A stretch of 55,145 nt of DNA, the filler included, from Bipalium vagum (Eukaryota), in NCBI GenBank assembly GCA_037834085.1. It is 3 parts of 3 records of this genome, joined end to end, with 100 filler letters (N's around TTAATTAATTAA, not from the genome) between each part and the next. Parts side by side here need not be neighbours in the genome. Positions count along the whole stretch, not along the records: positions 21,966 to 38,771 come from JBBMKC010093254.1; 2 more parts are not named here. One strand, given 5' to 3'. The translations under genes were made by a program, and so were the position numbers. Positions 24,112 through 38,771 of this stretch are shown here, in pieces. The notes beneath the pieces were generated by a model. It worked only from the letters and a program-made list of their open reading frames with translations. It was not told where the DNA came from and did not search any database. How positions within the stretch are numbered: position 1 is the stretch's first letter; every line of letters starts with the position of its first letter.

Positions 24112-24939
24112 TATTTATATAAATTTCTCACTTTTCCAAATGCGTTTAGTTTCAGTGTTCTTTTTTTGGATATCTTGAATATTTTCTTTTTATGTTTGTA
24201 TTCATCTTGTTTACACAATAATTTTATGAAAAGAGTGCTTCTAAATGAGTGAAGTCAGAAGCAGTTAAATATTGCAAAGAAACTCACCGTGTTCAAATCG
24301 TTAGTTTACAAAGTGATTGTGAGTATTTAAACTGATTTCTAATTTTTAATTTTTAATTAATTTAATTTTAATATTTATTTAATAATGGTGTGGAGTGGAG
24401 TTAGTGTAATTGGATAGATTTAGTTGATCTTTATTTTATTTTTATTTTGTTTTGCTTATTCAATATTTCGTTTTAGGACAATACTGTTTCCACATACTTT
24501 TCAGTCACCTGGTTAATCATTTTCAATAAAAACAACCATTTATTATTGTAATGAATTGTATAATAATTATTGCATGTGTACGAAGTTTAAACAATATTAT
24601 TTAATCATATTTTCATATTTTTTATGACCATCATTTAAATAGATAACTAAATATTATAATAATATTAGGTGATTCAGAAAGTTTTGCACCTTTTTATAAA
24701 AATTTATATACATTAAAATTTTAAATAATTCAAATAACTTTTTAAAAGGTTATTATATGTTATATAATATTTCTTCATATCTTACATGTTAGAAACACAG
24801 ATGGGCAAATGCTCCTCAGGAAAAGGTGTCCCAGCCCATAAATATCGAAAATTGATTAATATTGATCTACGACCAAAACGTTCTAGGCTATGTTTAGTTT
24901 TGGCATCACATGAAAACTCCGCAAGATTTAGTTAATTAC

Positions 24940-25460
24940 CAAGAAAGATAGTATTAAATTAAAGAATGGAATCGCATCATCTTTAGTGATGAACCAAGAT
25001 TGATCATTAATTGATGTTACTTTACACTGGTGAACAGCAAAATGTTGACTTGATATTACATAGTCACAAGTGAATTAAACATGGAATTACGGTTGGGATT
25101 GGAATGCAAATTACGGTTACACTTGGAATTTGGAACCCCATCCAATCTTTGAATTCAAATCTCTCTTCATATTTTTCAAAGATAATTTGAATGCTCTTCA
25201 ATAAATCGATGAAATTCTAAAACCCGTAATTTACAGTTAACCAAGACAATTTGAGACCATATCACATTAATCCAACAGCAAAGCCTTTGCAAGAATCAAA
25301 ATTGGAAGCAGTAACGTGGCAATCATATTCACCAGATTTATCAACCATTGAACATGTATGGGATATCATGGATCGTCAGCTACTGTCTTCTCTTGGTACA
25401 CCTAAAACATTAGAAAAATTGCAAAATCAATTTTAACAGACGTGGAGCATATCTAAAGGG
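24940..25460 (+). mobile_element. Tc1 transposase remnant
   Basis: EWNRIIFSDE and WQSYSPDLSTIEHVWDIM..PKTLEKL. Confidence 0.75.
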
Positions 25461-26889
25461 GAAGTAAATTTTTCTAAGTAATAATATCCCAAGAAATATA
25501 CAAGATTTTGCTGTAAGATGCTGTGACATGAATAGCTACAGACCTCTATAAGTGTTCCCATATAAATATATTTATAACTTGATCAAAGATATTTGTTGAA
25601 TTTAAATTTTTTAATGGTGCGTTTTTCTTCGAAATGAGTAAAATAATAAAAATAAAATTTTTACACTTTATATAATTAAGTTTTTCTATGATTTTTATCC
25701 AAAAAAAATTTCAACTGAATTTTTGCAAGATTTTATTTTAAGACATACAATGGTAATTTTTTTCTAATTTATGATAATTTATTTTGATTGCTTCTACAAT
25801 AAAATCAGAAAAATTGAAATATATGCCACAGAATAATGAAACATATAAATTATAAAGTTTGGCCTTTGTAAATCACTTTAGGCTAGTAAATGACAACTGA
25901 TCAATATACGTTCATGTATATGCAAATTGTGTATTTCCATTAAAAGGAAATAGAACAATTCAAATATATTTTAATATGATAACTTTTTTTACAAGAAATT
26001 ATCTATAATAAAATTATTACTACGATATCAATAATTTATTTATTATTTATTTATGATTATTTATTTATTTATCATAATTTATTTATTAATATTTATATAT
26101 TTATTTTAATTAATTTATTATTATTTATATATGTATTATAAATTTTTTTAAATCATTATTTATTTTTAATTTGCAACTTAAATTTAATTCATTAAGTTAA
26201 TAATATTTAATAATATATTAATAATAATATGTTAATAATATATTAATTAAAGTTCAGATTGAAATTGTAGGTTGTATTGAAATTTTATTGATAAGAACCG
26301 TTATAAAGAATGAGAAATTTTTAAAAATGGTCAAATAGTGCAATTGGGTAGTATATACTAAATCTCACTTCAATTTACACTTAAAATTTATAAGAATACG
26401 TTTATTGTTATTCTAAAATGAACTCACGCAAGCCGGCCAATTTAGAGATAAGAACTTTTAATAATTCCAGTTTCAAAAATATTTCTTAAAAACCGAAAGT
26501 AATGAATTTTTGATAAAAGTACTTTACCCATGAACTGTCAAAATAAAATAAATCTTTGATATTCGGATATTATCTTACAAAAGAATATATTAATATTTTA
26601 TCATATCTGTGATAGTTCAAATAAAATGTATGATTTTTTCAAAACTATTTGTTACTTATCAATTCTTAAGAGAAAATGGTTAAAATTTTTAATCATTTGA
26701 AATGTTGAACTGCAAAATTGGAATTTAAATCTTGTTTGATGCCTTAAATTTTCATTAAAAAATCATTATTGATCATATTTCTGTTTGCAATTTGTTATTG
26801 AAAAGAAATAAGGAAAATTGTTTAAGGGTTCTTAATATAAAATAGGTCGATTAAAAATTATTAAAATCATAAGACTGCAGGTAAAGCCT

Positions 26890-27060
26890 AAAGTTTCACC
26901 AATAATCCAAATTAAGACAGGATTGCATCCCATAACAAGTTTCTTTTGTTTGATGGTATTGGAAAGGGTATCCTTTACTCTGAACTATTGCATAACAATG
27001 AAACAATTAACACTGTGTAGTATGACTGTCAACTAGACAAACTGATGCACCTAGAGACTA
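26890..27060 (+). mobile_element. mariner catalytic-domain fragment
   Basis: GLHP..., WYWKGILYSELLHNNETINT..YDCQLDKL, the mariner WWD..G..YELL..TIN..YC.QL pattern. Confidence 0.6.
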
Positions 27061-27929
27061 ACATACGTTCAAAACCATTATTTATAATAGAGTGATATTT
27101 TATGTTAGTGCTGGGCATCAAGTAACATTTAATATACTCCAAAATAATGCTATACCTTTAAAATTGATTAATATTTTTTCCTATAATCCTAACTAAATTT
27201 CGATGTCATATAATAAAATAAACATCTTAAAGTTAAATGCTACAAGAACTATCCAAAATCTGCAGGCTGAGAATAGGCCAGATGTTCTTTGACAAGTTGA
27301 ATCTCAAGAAACTGGACAGGTGTCCACTACTCATTTCCCTCAAGAAAAAATCAACCAGACAGACTTTTTTCCTCAATTTTTTTTCTTCAATACAAAGACT
27401 GAAAATAAGAGATGAATCGCTAAAGGTGTCCATGATGATCTAGTCATTGTTAGGGTAACTCATTCACCCATTTTGAGGAAGTCTCCCTTGAAAACCATAT
27501 GATGTCTTCATTTTAAAATGACTAAAACAAAAAGAAAATTATATACAATTAAGGTAGCCCAAGACATATCCCTCTCCAAGCTATCGGTTCCGATTCAATT
27601 TGAAGACCATAATAAAACCTAAGCAGTTATAATTTTCAGGTATAAATTATTCAAAAATTGTTTGATTACCTTTATAATTGTACAATAAAGAAGTTTCTCT
27701 TATTGAGAGTATTCATGGATTGATGTATCCCTTTGGAAATGTCTGAAATAAGATTCTCCTATTCTGGTATGTATATAAAAGTCTATTAGGTATTTTATTT
27801 ATTAATAAGAGAAAAAAATTGAATTAACTTTTAATTTTAAGAAGAAAGGGAATTATGATATAAGCAATTTTATAGGATAGGATCATTTTATATTCACAGC
27901 TTTATATATTTTGATAATTTATCATACTA

Positions 27930-29196
27930 TTAGGTGTACAACTCCGGCTTTTTAAATAAGAAAACAAATACATTTATTACAAATTTTATTTAAAAACCTT
28001 TATTGAAAATATGTTCCATTGGGAGCTACAACCTTTGCTCACCTTTCAGGTAACGAATGAATTCCATGAAAGAAAAACTCTGGCTCTTTTGAAGAAATCC
28101 AGCTGTCAATCCAATTTTGGAGGTCTTCAGCGCTACAGAACCGCTCTCCGTAAATTACTAATTGCAAAAAGCGGAACAAATAGTAATCCGAAGGAGCGAT
28201 GTCTGGTAAATAGAGCGGGTGAGGAAGACTTCCCATTTTGTATCTTCTAAGTAATCATTTACAACTGAATTAACGTGTGGACTTGCGTTATCATGTTGTA
28301 AAATTATCTTTTCGTGTCTAGTCACCCATTCCGATCGTTTGTCATTCAAAGCTTGTTTCAAACGAATTAATTGTGATCGATAAAGTTCACCAGTTAGTGT
28401 TTAGGAATGTTTTAAAAATCCATAATAGATCACTCCTTTTTGATCTCACAAGATAAACAACATAACTTTCAAACCATGGACATTTTGTTTCGGTGTTTAT
28501 CGACCGGGTTAACCTGCCATCACCCAAGCTGCTTTGCGTTTTGTATTGTCATAACAAATCCATTTTTCGTCTCCTGTGATAATTCGATGCAAAAAACTTT
28601 TCCTTTTTGTCTCTGAAGAAAGACATCACAAATTTTTTTTCGCCGTTCAATGCATCTTTCTATCGTTTTCATATGGGATCCAAATTCATAATTTTCGGAT
28701 AATTCCTAAAGCTGCCAGACGTTTTGAAATGCATTGTTGAGTCACATTTAATGCGACAGCCAGATCAGATTGTGTTTGGCATGGGTCTTCTTCCAACATC
28801 CTTCTCAAATCTCTATCTTCACATTGTTTTTGTGGCTTCCCATGCTCCTTATCGTTCGTATCATATTGGCCATTTCGAAAACGGCAAAACCAATCTTTAC
28901 ATGTGGTCATCGAAGGAGCATGTTCTCCATAGGAATCTCGAAGCAGGTGAAACCTTTCCGATGCAGTTTTCTTGGCAATAAAGTATCGAAGAATTACTTC
29001 CCGCAAATGTCGTTTATTTCGGATGAATATTGACATTTTGAATCGCTATAATATTTAAACAAGGAATATTAAAACAACTGTCTCGTGATATTATTTATTA
29101 TATGATATTTTTATTTATAAATCAATTTAGATATATATGTAAACAAAATTTTTATTATCATTTAAAAAAAAGCCAGAGTCATAGTTGTACACGTAA
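27930..29196 (-). mobile_element. Near full-length Mos1-like (mauritiana-subfamily) mariner with a frameshifted transposase
   Basis: 1267 bp, TA-flanked TIRs (ttaggtgtacaact / agttgtacacgtaa). MSIF.RNK..KKTASE..WFCRF..DKEHGKP.., ITGDEKWICYDN, LQHDNASPH and LPDIAPSDYYLF. Confidence 0.92.
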
Positions 29197-30681
29197 TAAT
29201 ATTAAACTACAATATCTACATAAATATAAATACCTCTAACTTCATCACAAACTAAGCTAAGTTGGGAGTCAATATGGCAATTAAGGATCTGAAGTGTTAG
29301 ATACATATTCTTCCTTGAGATGGACTACTAATACAAATGCTAATTAAAAGTTCTGATCTTCAAAAAACGACAAGTCATCTGGGAGATGACGAAAGACTTC
29401 ATCAGCAGATCCAATTGTTTTTCCAACTGTAATTTTGTTTTCTTCCACAGTTAAATTAGTAAAGAAAAGTTGTTAATGATTTCCCGTTGAATTTTCTATT
29501 GCCCGTTGAGGTAATTAATGTTGAATGTGAGATAGTTGAATTATGGTTTGAAAATATATCATGATGTAAATATAAGGAAGCGAAGCTACAAGATCTTTTT
29601 GTATGATAACGAATGATATTTCCCATCAATTCTTTACGGATGATGAATGAAAACTAATATAAACATTCATAATCCACATTAATTTGTTTCAAGTGTAAAA
29701 TCCGGAGTTTCGGATAGTATACTTTTTTTATGTTTGATAAAGCATTTGACGTTAGTTTCTTCGTTCGTGATCCTCTTTTTGTTTATTCATCGCGTTTTAA
29801 TAATATTGTTTAAACAAGTGTATAATTATGTGTAAACAAGTTATTGTTTAAATAATTTTTAAATATTTTTTACTCAGTTTTTTACAAGAAATAAAAACAT
29901 TTAAAATTGACCTTTAAATGGTATATATCAAAAGTAGCTTAAATTTTAAAGCTGGTAAAGAAAAGGAAAAGATCAAATATATAAAATAACTTTATAATAA
30001 TAAAACAAAATAAAGTATAAATAAAAAATGTAATTATTTATTGTAAAATGTAATTATTATTATTATTATTTATTAGAATAACAACGTACCAAGCCTTATG
30101 AATATTTTATTCTCAACTTCACTAAAACATTAAAACAAATTATTAATTAAAAGAATAAATTTTTTAAAAAATGTTCGATAAAAGATATTTTCCGCTTCTC
30201 CAAAACGATGTAAAATAAAAGAATAAAGAAAAGAAATAAAATTCATTTTGGTTCACTTTAGATTTTTAGAACAACAGGATTTTATTTTTCTTTCATTGTG
30301 AGAAGTGTGACTGACTCATACACGTTCCTGTGTGGTTTCTGTAAACATGTGAGACTTGATCTCGGTGTTTTATTCGTTCCCAAAAAAACAGAACGGCATG
30401 AAAGAACTGCCACTGCCATTCTTGTGCCATGTACAATTATTCCATATATATCTGTAATAAATACACAGAAATTTTGTCAAGAGTTGAACTCCACCAATTC
30501 AAAATGGTATTCTCTCACATTGAATGTCAGTAATGAAAACTTTTCTCTTAAAAAAAAACCAATTGTATTGATTATTTTTCCAAACAGTTTATTATTATAA
30601 TTTTGTACTAATTAATAGTAAAAGACAAGTTTGGTTGTAACAGAATTGATTTGGTCTTTATTTTCCATAAATTGTCTGACA

Positions 30682-32098
30682 ATGGATAATTTAGATAATA
30701 GACAAAGTTCCAATCATGGAATGAGGAACAAAGAATTGGTTTTCATTCAGAAACCAACAGAAGGTACAAAACAAGAAACCGAACAGCTGTCTAATAAATA
30801 CAAACAGGCCAAGGTCTCTTCCACTGGGGTTTGTACTGATGCAATAAATGCTCCATCCAATGAACTTCATCTCAGTGGCGTAACACTAGCTAGTGCGACA
30901 ACGAAACTGGGGAAATATGTCTGCTCAATTCCTAGCTCTCCACCCAGTTCGATGTCCAGAAATGGAAATACTCTCTCCTCCCCGACAAGAAATGACAAAT
31001 GTTCATTGGTCGATGTGAGCAGCCAACATTATTTGAGTACATCACTCAGCGTCAGCGCTCTAACAACATCAAATATAATCGAAGAAATAAATCCCATCAA
31101 AGATCTTGAACAATCCAACAATTCCAAACAACATTTCAAATCGTACGTTCATTTTCCATCGGATACCAATTCGAAAATCAGTTTTTTCGATCTGTTGCAC
31201 AATAAAGACGAATCGATTTCTCCAACGAATCCCACACCAAAGAAAGAACCGCAAATGAATTTTCTCAGTCCCAATTGTTCATCAGCGACTCCTTTGACCG
31301 GTTACTATGATTACGAATCCGTTAAATACTTTCATGATCACGATGCTGAACTAGGCATTAAACGATTTTATTCCAATCATTTGGATGAGCACATTACCAA
31401 TTTTGAAGCAGACTATGCCAAATTGAATGAGATATCTCCATCGTCAAATTGTCTCTATTTCCATTCCAATCACAATAATCAGTTGTTTTGTCAAGCGTCC
31501 AGTTCAATACCGGGACAGACTAATATAAGCCCTTCTTCTGGCAAGGAATATCTCATTTGTGATGGTAACAATCTTCAAGAATTTAAGCCTGATATCAAGA
31601 CTTTTACCAATCCATATACGAGACGTTATATTCCGCCTCATTTGACTAACAATGGACAGAGTAGGTGCGTTTCACCGTTAGGGGTATCAAGCTATGCTCT
31701 GGCAACCGGTATTCATCCTTCCATGACACATCAAAACCAAAATCATTCAGACTTACTATTCAATGCCAGTCAAATTCAAATGATAAACGGGGTACCAATC
31801 AACTCCAATTCGCCTCATCAAACATCCGTGAATATCATGAACAATATTGAATCTCAAATGGATGAAATAAATACAAAAGAATTGGCGCAAAGAATCTGTG
31901 CCGAACTGAAAAGATATAGCATTCCACAGGCTGTATTTGCACAAAGAGTTCTATGCAGAAGTCAAGGAACACTGTCTGACCTGTTACGAAATCCTAAGCC
32001 TTGGAGTAAACTGAAATCTGGTAGAGAAACTTTTAGAAGAATGTGGAAATGGCTGCAAGAACCGGAATTTCAAAGGATGTCATCTTTACGTTTAGCGG
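30682..32098 (+). CDS. onecut: ONECUT/HNF6 family transcription factor, first coding exon with CUT domain (partial gene)
   Basis: EINTKELAQRI.AELKRYSIPQA.FAQRVLCRSQGTLSDLLRNPKPWSKLKSGRETFRRMWKWLQEPEFQRMS.LRLA, then a phase-1 GT donor at 32099, the position conserved in ONECUT genes. First in-frame ATG is 30682. Confidence 0.93.
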
Positions 32099-35000
32099 GT
32101 TGGTCCTTATTTAAATATAAAAGCAAAAATATAATAGTAATTGACAAATCTAAGCTCAGTTTTTATTTATATATTATTATATTTATGTTATATATTATTA
32201 TTATTAATCTCTCTGATATTATCAACTTTTAATTAATAATGTTTAAAAAGTTAATTTTTAACTTTTTCTAATAATATAATTTTTTTTAATCGATTAAAAC
32301 AAACAAATAGTTTAAATATTATAAATATTTACAAATAATCCTCCAATATTAAAATCACAATTTTCAACCATGCTTTTCTCAATATGATTGTATGATAGGA
32401 TTCTTACATATGCAGGGAAAATCAATTATTCTCTTATTCCTCCGTCTGTAAATTTCATTTAACGGAAAAAATTGATTGTAAAATAAAAAATAATTTTTCC
32501 GTAAGAAAATAAAATTAAATTGTACTTTAATTTAATTTATAGTTCAAAAACAAAAAAAAATATTCGATAATAATTACGTTTTATAAAATATTGATTTCTA
32601 TCACAGTATTTATTGAAATATAATTAATTTACAATAAAATTACAATTATAAAGTCAATAATTGTGTAAAAAAGAAAAAAATATCTTTAGAAAATATTTTT
32701 TATAAAAAAAACAGCGATAAATTAATTTTCCTAGAAAATTTCGAAATAATTATTTATTTTGTTTTAATGCTGTACGAAAAAACTACTACCAAGAAACAAA
32801 TCCCTTTAGAATGTTAATCCAAAAAATAACGAAAAAGAATTTTATTTTATTTATTTTTTCTGTTGAATTTAAAAATTTACTTAATTTTGAGAAAATTAAA
32901 TTTGGTAAATTAATTTCGGAATGCCAAAAATTTATTTTCTTCTAAGTATGAACTTCAATTTGGAACAGAACATAAAAGTGAACTCAGCATCATCGGTAAT
33001 CAAAGTAGTTCCCACACATGAAGTGATGGAATATGTTGAAAACAGCAGGAGAATTTTCTCCACGATCTTTCTAACAATTATATAGATGAGTATAATTCGG
33101 TTTTTTGCTTTTGTAAAGCAAGTTGTCGTTGATGTCCCAACAAGAAATTTATTTATCCCGTTTCATTTGTACCGTGATATTGAAGCTCATTCGGGAAACC
33201 ATGAAGTTTATTTATTTGTTTAAATGGAATAGAATATATTTTTTCCTTTCCGTTTTGGAAATCCAATTTTTATTCTTTCGTCATTTTTCTGTTCATCATT
33301 CAAAATCTGAGAAGAATAAATTAAAAAATTCCACTTTAACTTTATATATGTTGAAAAAAAAATAATCAAAAAATTCGTTCAAAGATCACAAAAATACGAC
33401 TGATAAATAACAATGTTAATAAGTCATACTCACAGAGGGAATTTCTAGCGACTAGACAGTATTTATGTCATTTATTGTAGACTAATTACTCAATGGATAT
33501 CTCTACATTATGTAATAATATCATCTATTCATCCCTGTGTACCCTTGGTTTGAACTTGCCATTCATTCATCATTTACGCAGGAGATTTGAATTTCACCAA
33601 AGTTTGTATATTAATTATTATCACTTCGCAAATCACGGTGATCCACATGAGACCTAGCTCGTTTGTTAGCTTTACGAAAATAATTATTTTAAAGGGGATA
33701 GTTTTAATGATAGTTTCTTTCTCAGATTCAAGAACCTGGCCATTTCTGTTATTAATAGGTCATTGTTAAATTTGTCCATTTTCAAGCTAAGATCGTTAAT
33801 CTTCGCGTTCAGATAGAGACACATTGTAGATTACTGTTGACCTCTGGGAATCAATTGTTTGGTAAAACAAAAATCTCCTCCTCAATATTAATTGAACATA
33901 ATGAGTTTGAAGAAAAATTAATTTTCTTTATTCATTTCTAAAAAATATATTGATTTTGTAATTCAAAACACAGTTATAAAAGACGAAACTTTAATAAGCA
34001 TACTTTTCACGATAAAAAACAATTTTTTCAATAGTAAATGCTTTTTTCGTTTTAATTTCAATGGTTAAGTTTCGACGATTAAAACAAACCAGGTTTTGTC
34101 TTATTACTGTTTCTTAATTCGATTTTTGAATTAATGACAAGTTTAGGTAAATGATAATATTTTTATAAAAATAATATTTAATAATTAATTATTTTTAAAA
34201 TTCTTATCTAATTTATAAAATTTATAATAATATTTATAGCATAATTTTGAGAAAATCGGTTAANNNNNNNNNNNNNNNNNNNNNNNNNNNNNNNNNNNNN
34301 NNNNNNNNNNNNNNNNNNNNNNNNNNNNNNNNNNNNNNNNNNNNNNNNNNNNNNNNNNNNNNNNNNNNNNNNNNNNNNNNNNNNNNNNNNNNNNNNNNTT
34401 TATAAATTATAAAATAAAATTAGAATTTTTTTTATTTTATTTAAGTTTAATTATATACTTTTTATATTTATTTTATATTACTATTTCCTTATTTTTTCTT
34501 ATTCTTTTAATGATTGGAATATGTTTTTCAATTTTTTTATTAAAATTATTATTATACGTTCAAATATTTTTAAAAAATAGTATCTGAGAGAATCTGTTTT
34601 CCAGGTCTTTTTCCGTTATTAATTGATGATCTTGAAATGTTAAGAATTAATGTAATAGATTTATTTAAAGTACATTATATGACCTAGGTCTCCATAAAAC
34701 TAGGAAAGAGGGGGACCCAAATTTAGTCTGAAATAAAATATTAATTAGAAAGTACCCTAAACAGAAAGCTTTTTTATTGAATATTATGAATAAAATCTGA
34801 TAAAATTTTCTAAAGTATAATTGATTAATTAAAAAATTGTAAAATAATGAAAAAAACAAAAAATTCCTATTTAAGCTATTAAGATGGAGGGATTGTCCAG
34901 TGAGATAACAATCAATCTATTTTCTTTAAGAACATTTTTTAAAGATTTTGGTCTTCATTTTAGCACGTTGTAATGAGTATGAGGCTTTCCAACGAATCGT

Positions 35001-36929
35001 TCTTTAAACTTGTAATTAAATTGAAGTTAAATTGAAGCGTTTCCTAGGCTACCAAAAACGATTTAGAATGAATATTGGATGGAAATCTTTTGTGAATCTA
35101 TTGTTAGACTTTGGTTCGAAAAATTTGATTCGAATCTGTAAAACGAGCTGAAGTGAGAAAATGATTGTCATATTTCATTGAAACAATTGAAGGTCATTGA
35201 AAAATGACGTTTGATTTTCATATTCCAATTCTTATCATAATATTATTAATGTATTAAAATGTCTTGATGATTTGCATTATAGACTACGATAAAAGTTAAG
35301 TGAAATAAATTTTTAATTTAGAATTATTCTAGTAAATTAAATTTATTAAAATATAAATATAACTAATAAATATAAAAAATAAATATTATATAAAAAATCC
35401 TATTTCGAATTTATAAAAATTAAAAAAATTAAAACAAATATAATAAACGTGTTAAAAAAAACTTTTGTCAACCCTATCAGTTTTAGTTTTGAGTACGTTT
35501 TTGAAATCAATATATTTGTTTTTATTAAAAGGTTCAGGATACAATTTCTAAGGCAAAACCATATTAAGATTATTTAACGCAAAGTCTTTTCAAATAAAAT
35601 GTGAAAATCAAAATAGTTATAAACCTATGAACAGTTATGCAATCCACCATTCTTACCATCTAAATTATTTAAACAAAAGTAAAATAATATTTATAATAAT
35701 AAATTATATTTCATTCTTATAGTTTTAAAAACAAAAAATGGAAATTACCGACATTCATTTCTTGACATCTCTCACACAGAGAGAGATATTTCTAATAATT
35801 TTAATTTGCTAAAATTAAACATATTCATGAAATATACAAAAAAATAAAAACCAAAATATTCCAATTAAAACATTCATATAAACAAACTATTAATTAATAA
35901 ATGAAGCCAAGTCTATTTGAAATTAATATTAACAAAAAATTAGTGAAATTTTCTAAATTTTTAATTTGATATTTCAATTAAAATTAAAAAAAAATAAATG
36001 AGATAATAAATAGAGGCAAGTTCCTTTATTAATTAACCAATTAAATTAACAATTAATTGAAAATTGAAATTAAGAAAAATTATTTTCCATTTTCCACTGA
36101 CCATTTGCCATTGATTGTACAAATGCAATAATCATGTCTATTGCCAAAATTGACATTTTCCCAACTGAAAAATTCCGAAACGTTTCTAAGAAAACTACAT
36201 AGTATCTCTATTGTTCAGATTCATTAGATCATCAATTACATATCTTTCTTGATCACCAGGTTTACATGGCAAAAGACAGTGGAGATCTGGAATAATCTCT
36301 AATGAGCATTTAATTTTCACAAATAACAAATCCCGTGTTTAATTTCCTTTGCCTTTCCTTGTTTAACCGGTTTTAATACAGGAAAGATCATATATCGATA
36401 CACATTCAATTAGTGAGGCGGAAAGGCCGAGGTTCATTAATCCGACTGTTGGGTATTTTATATTTTGCTTCACTGTTAAGGAAAACAGAGATACTTGATT
36501 TTTGATTTTCTTTAGTTTTAGTGGTAATGAAATGGACGAAAAATGAAATAATTGCTAAATAAAATAATAATATTTGATATTTTTGCAGATTTTATTTATA
36601 TTTTTTTCTTTTATTTAAAGAGTGAAGAATGGCTGAAATAATTTTGATTGACTGAAATCTTTTTAGTTATGATAAAAAATTAAATGTTTTTGTATTTGTT
36701 TTCTGTTTAATATATATATTAAATAAATTGAACTAAATTTATTATTCAGTTTGCACAATATATTTATTCAAAGATTATTTTTAAAAATTGATTATTGTTG
36801 AAAATATAGTAAAGATCGATTTCTTAAAGTTTTGTAGGATTTTTTAATAGGTTAGATTATCAAAACATTACCGACTAATGAGTTATATATATATATATAT
36901 GAGTAATATTTCAGTATATACACTCCAAA

Positions 36930-37800
36930 GCCATTTGGGGTATGACCTTGAAGGTATTTCATTTTAATAGGTTATTAATTGTAATCCTATTGTTAGATAT
37001 CTTGAAAAATCAAGTTATAAGATAATTATGGGAATTTTCAGTGTCCGACTATACAGTATTTTGTAATTTTTTCGTCTTATGAGTGCGCTGTAACAATTTT
37101 ATTCAAAATATTAAATAATTGGAATTAGACTGACTAAAAGAGGTTTCTATTAAAATATGAAATAAGTCGCTGTTTTATTATTTTTTATCTGACCAATTTA
37201 ATGAAAAAGTATTTGAAGGGATTCGAAAAAAATTGTTTCAATCTTTTTACGCTCATCATCAATATTAGTGCTAAGACGGACGATTTAGGACGATCCTGTT
37301 GAAATTCATCCTGCAGGAGTGTGCGACACAATAGAATTTTGAGAACCACCTGCTCTTTAGCTTCATTCCGATTAAATTCTTCAATTTAGATTTATTCAAA
37401 TGATTTTCAATTTTAATATGCCGATATCATTTAAAATACCGGATTCCACAAAATCTCTCAGCACCTCACGTAGAATAACTTTTTAAGTATCTAAATAAAC
37501 ATTTACTTTACTTTTTATTAACTATTCGTTCTCTGTCCGATGAATATCTGTAAAATGTTCTGAAAAAAAGAGAATATTTATGTAGATCGATTCAAGAGAT
37601 AGTTCATAAGAACATATAAATCAATGTTTAATCTTTTTTTATCTACAATTTTATTTCTGAAAATTGGCATTGTAAATTAGGATTCATATGGTTCTCTGAA
37701 TTATTCAAAATCTGTCATGGCTATCTTATTTTTCATATGCCCCGTTAAGGCTATGAAGGTTTTAGATAAGTTGTCTTTCGGATAATCTATCGTTTTTTTG
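36930..37800 (-). mobile_element. Possible highly decayed Gypsy integrase fragment
   Basis: Scattered motifs (H..NGHM, QCQFQK, GHTP) in plausible order, heavily degenerate. Confidence 0.3.
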
Positions 37801-38771
37801 ATATTGAGATATTCTTTTTGTTAGGGAAATTTAATATTTTAGAATGATAGAATGAGAACAAAAAAGGGAAATGAAGTACCATCACAGCACTGAGACAGCC
37901 AAACTCTTTAGGCTTCTTTCATAAAAATGATCAGTCGAAAGCTTATAGATATGTTAAACAACTTGTTTTTAAAGATTTTTTTCAAAAATTAAGGACGAAT
38001 TATACATTGCTATAACTGTTGTATTATAATTGATCAGTGATGATAAGGTGAAAGAAGTTAGTTTGAGGAGGGCTAGGCTTGATCATGTACATATCCGTAA
38101 GAGGAAACCAAAATTAAATAATACACTTGTTTTCAGGAAAAAACAAACCATACAGTTCGACTTGAAATTTATTTTGTCTATCATTTATAAAATATATTCT
38201 CACAACAATCACTTAATTAATTAAATTTATTTATTTCATTCATAAAAACAAAATAAGTGATACATGAAAAATGTGAAATTACCGAAAGATATACATATTT
38301 GTTAATTGTATTAATTTAAGATAACGAGATAATTTTAATCCGTTAATTATAATTATCATTATCATTAATATTATTAATTTTTTTTTCAATTAAATTTTTT
38401 CAATCTGTCTATTATATTTTTGGAAACCATTCGTCAGTAATAGGCAGCTACACGAACTTTCAGATCCAAATATTGTTTTGTGAGAGAATGCCTATGTGAA
38501 ATATATACGTATACGTATCTACCAGTTCACTTACCGATTAATTCATTTTACAAATGGTTTCAACATCTCACCAAAAAGAATAATGTTTAATTTAAAAATA
38601 AAATAGTTTTTTTTATTTAATAAGAAAATCATTATGATTTGTTTTCAATTATCTTTCAGGGATATCTTTATGATCCAAAAAATTAAAATTTAATAATAAA
38701 TTTGAATAAATAATAATATGATATAAAATAAAATAATATAAAATAAAATAATATAAAATAAAATAATATAA

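Noticed and set aside
29350-29410. Hairpin GTCATCT-GGG-AGATGAC followed by GAAA as a hammerhead ribozyme
   Set aside because: No CUGANGA core adjacent to the stem on the same strand, and no stems I/III.
30631-30681. ORF-track start at TTG 30631 for onecut
   Set aside because: Non-ATG start in a eukaryote; ATG 30682 is preferred.
32099-32232. Hydrophobic C-terminal tail of the 533-aa onecut ORF as a membrane anchor
   Set aside because: Begins exactly at the conserved intron donor; AT-rich intron read-through naturally yields I/F/L/Y.
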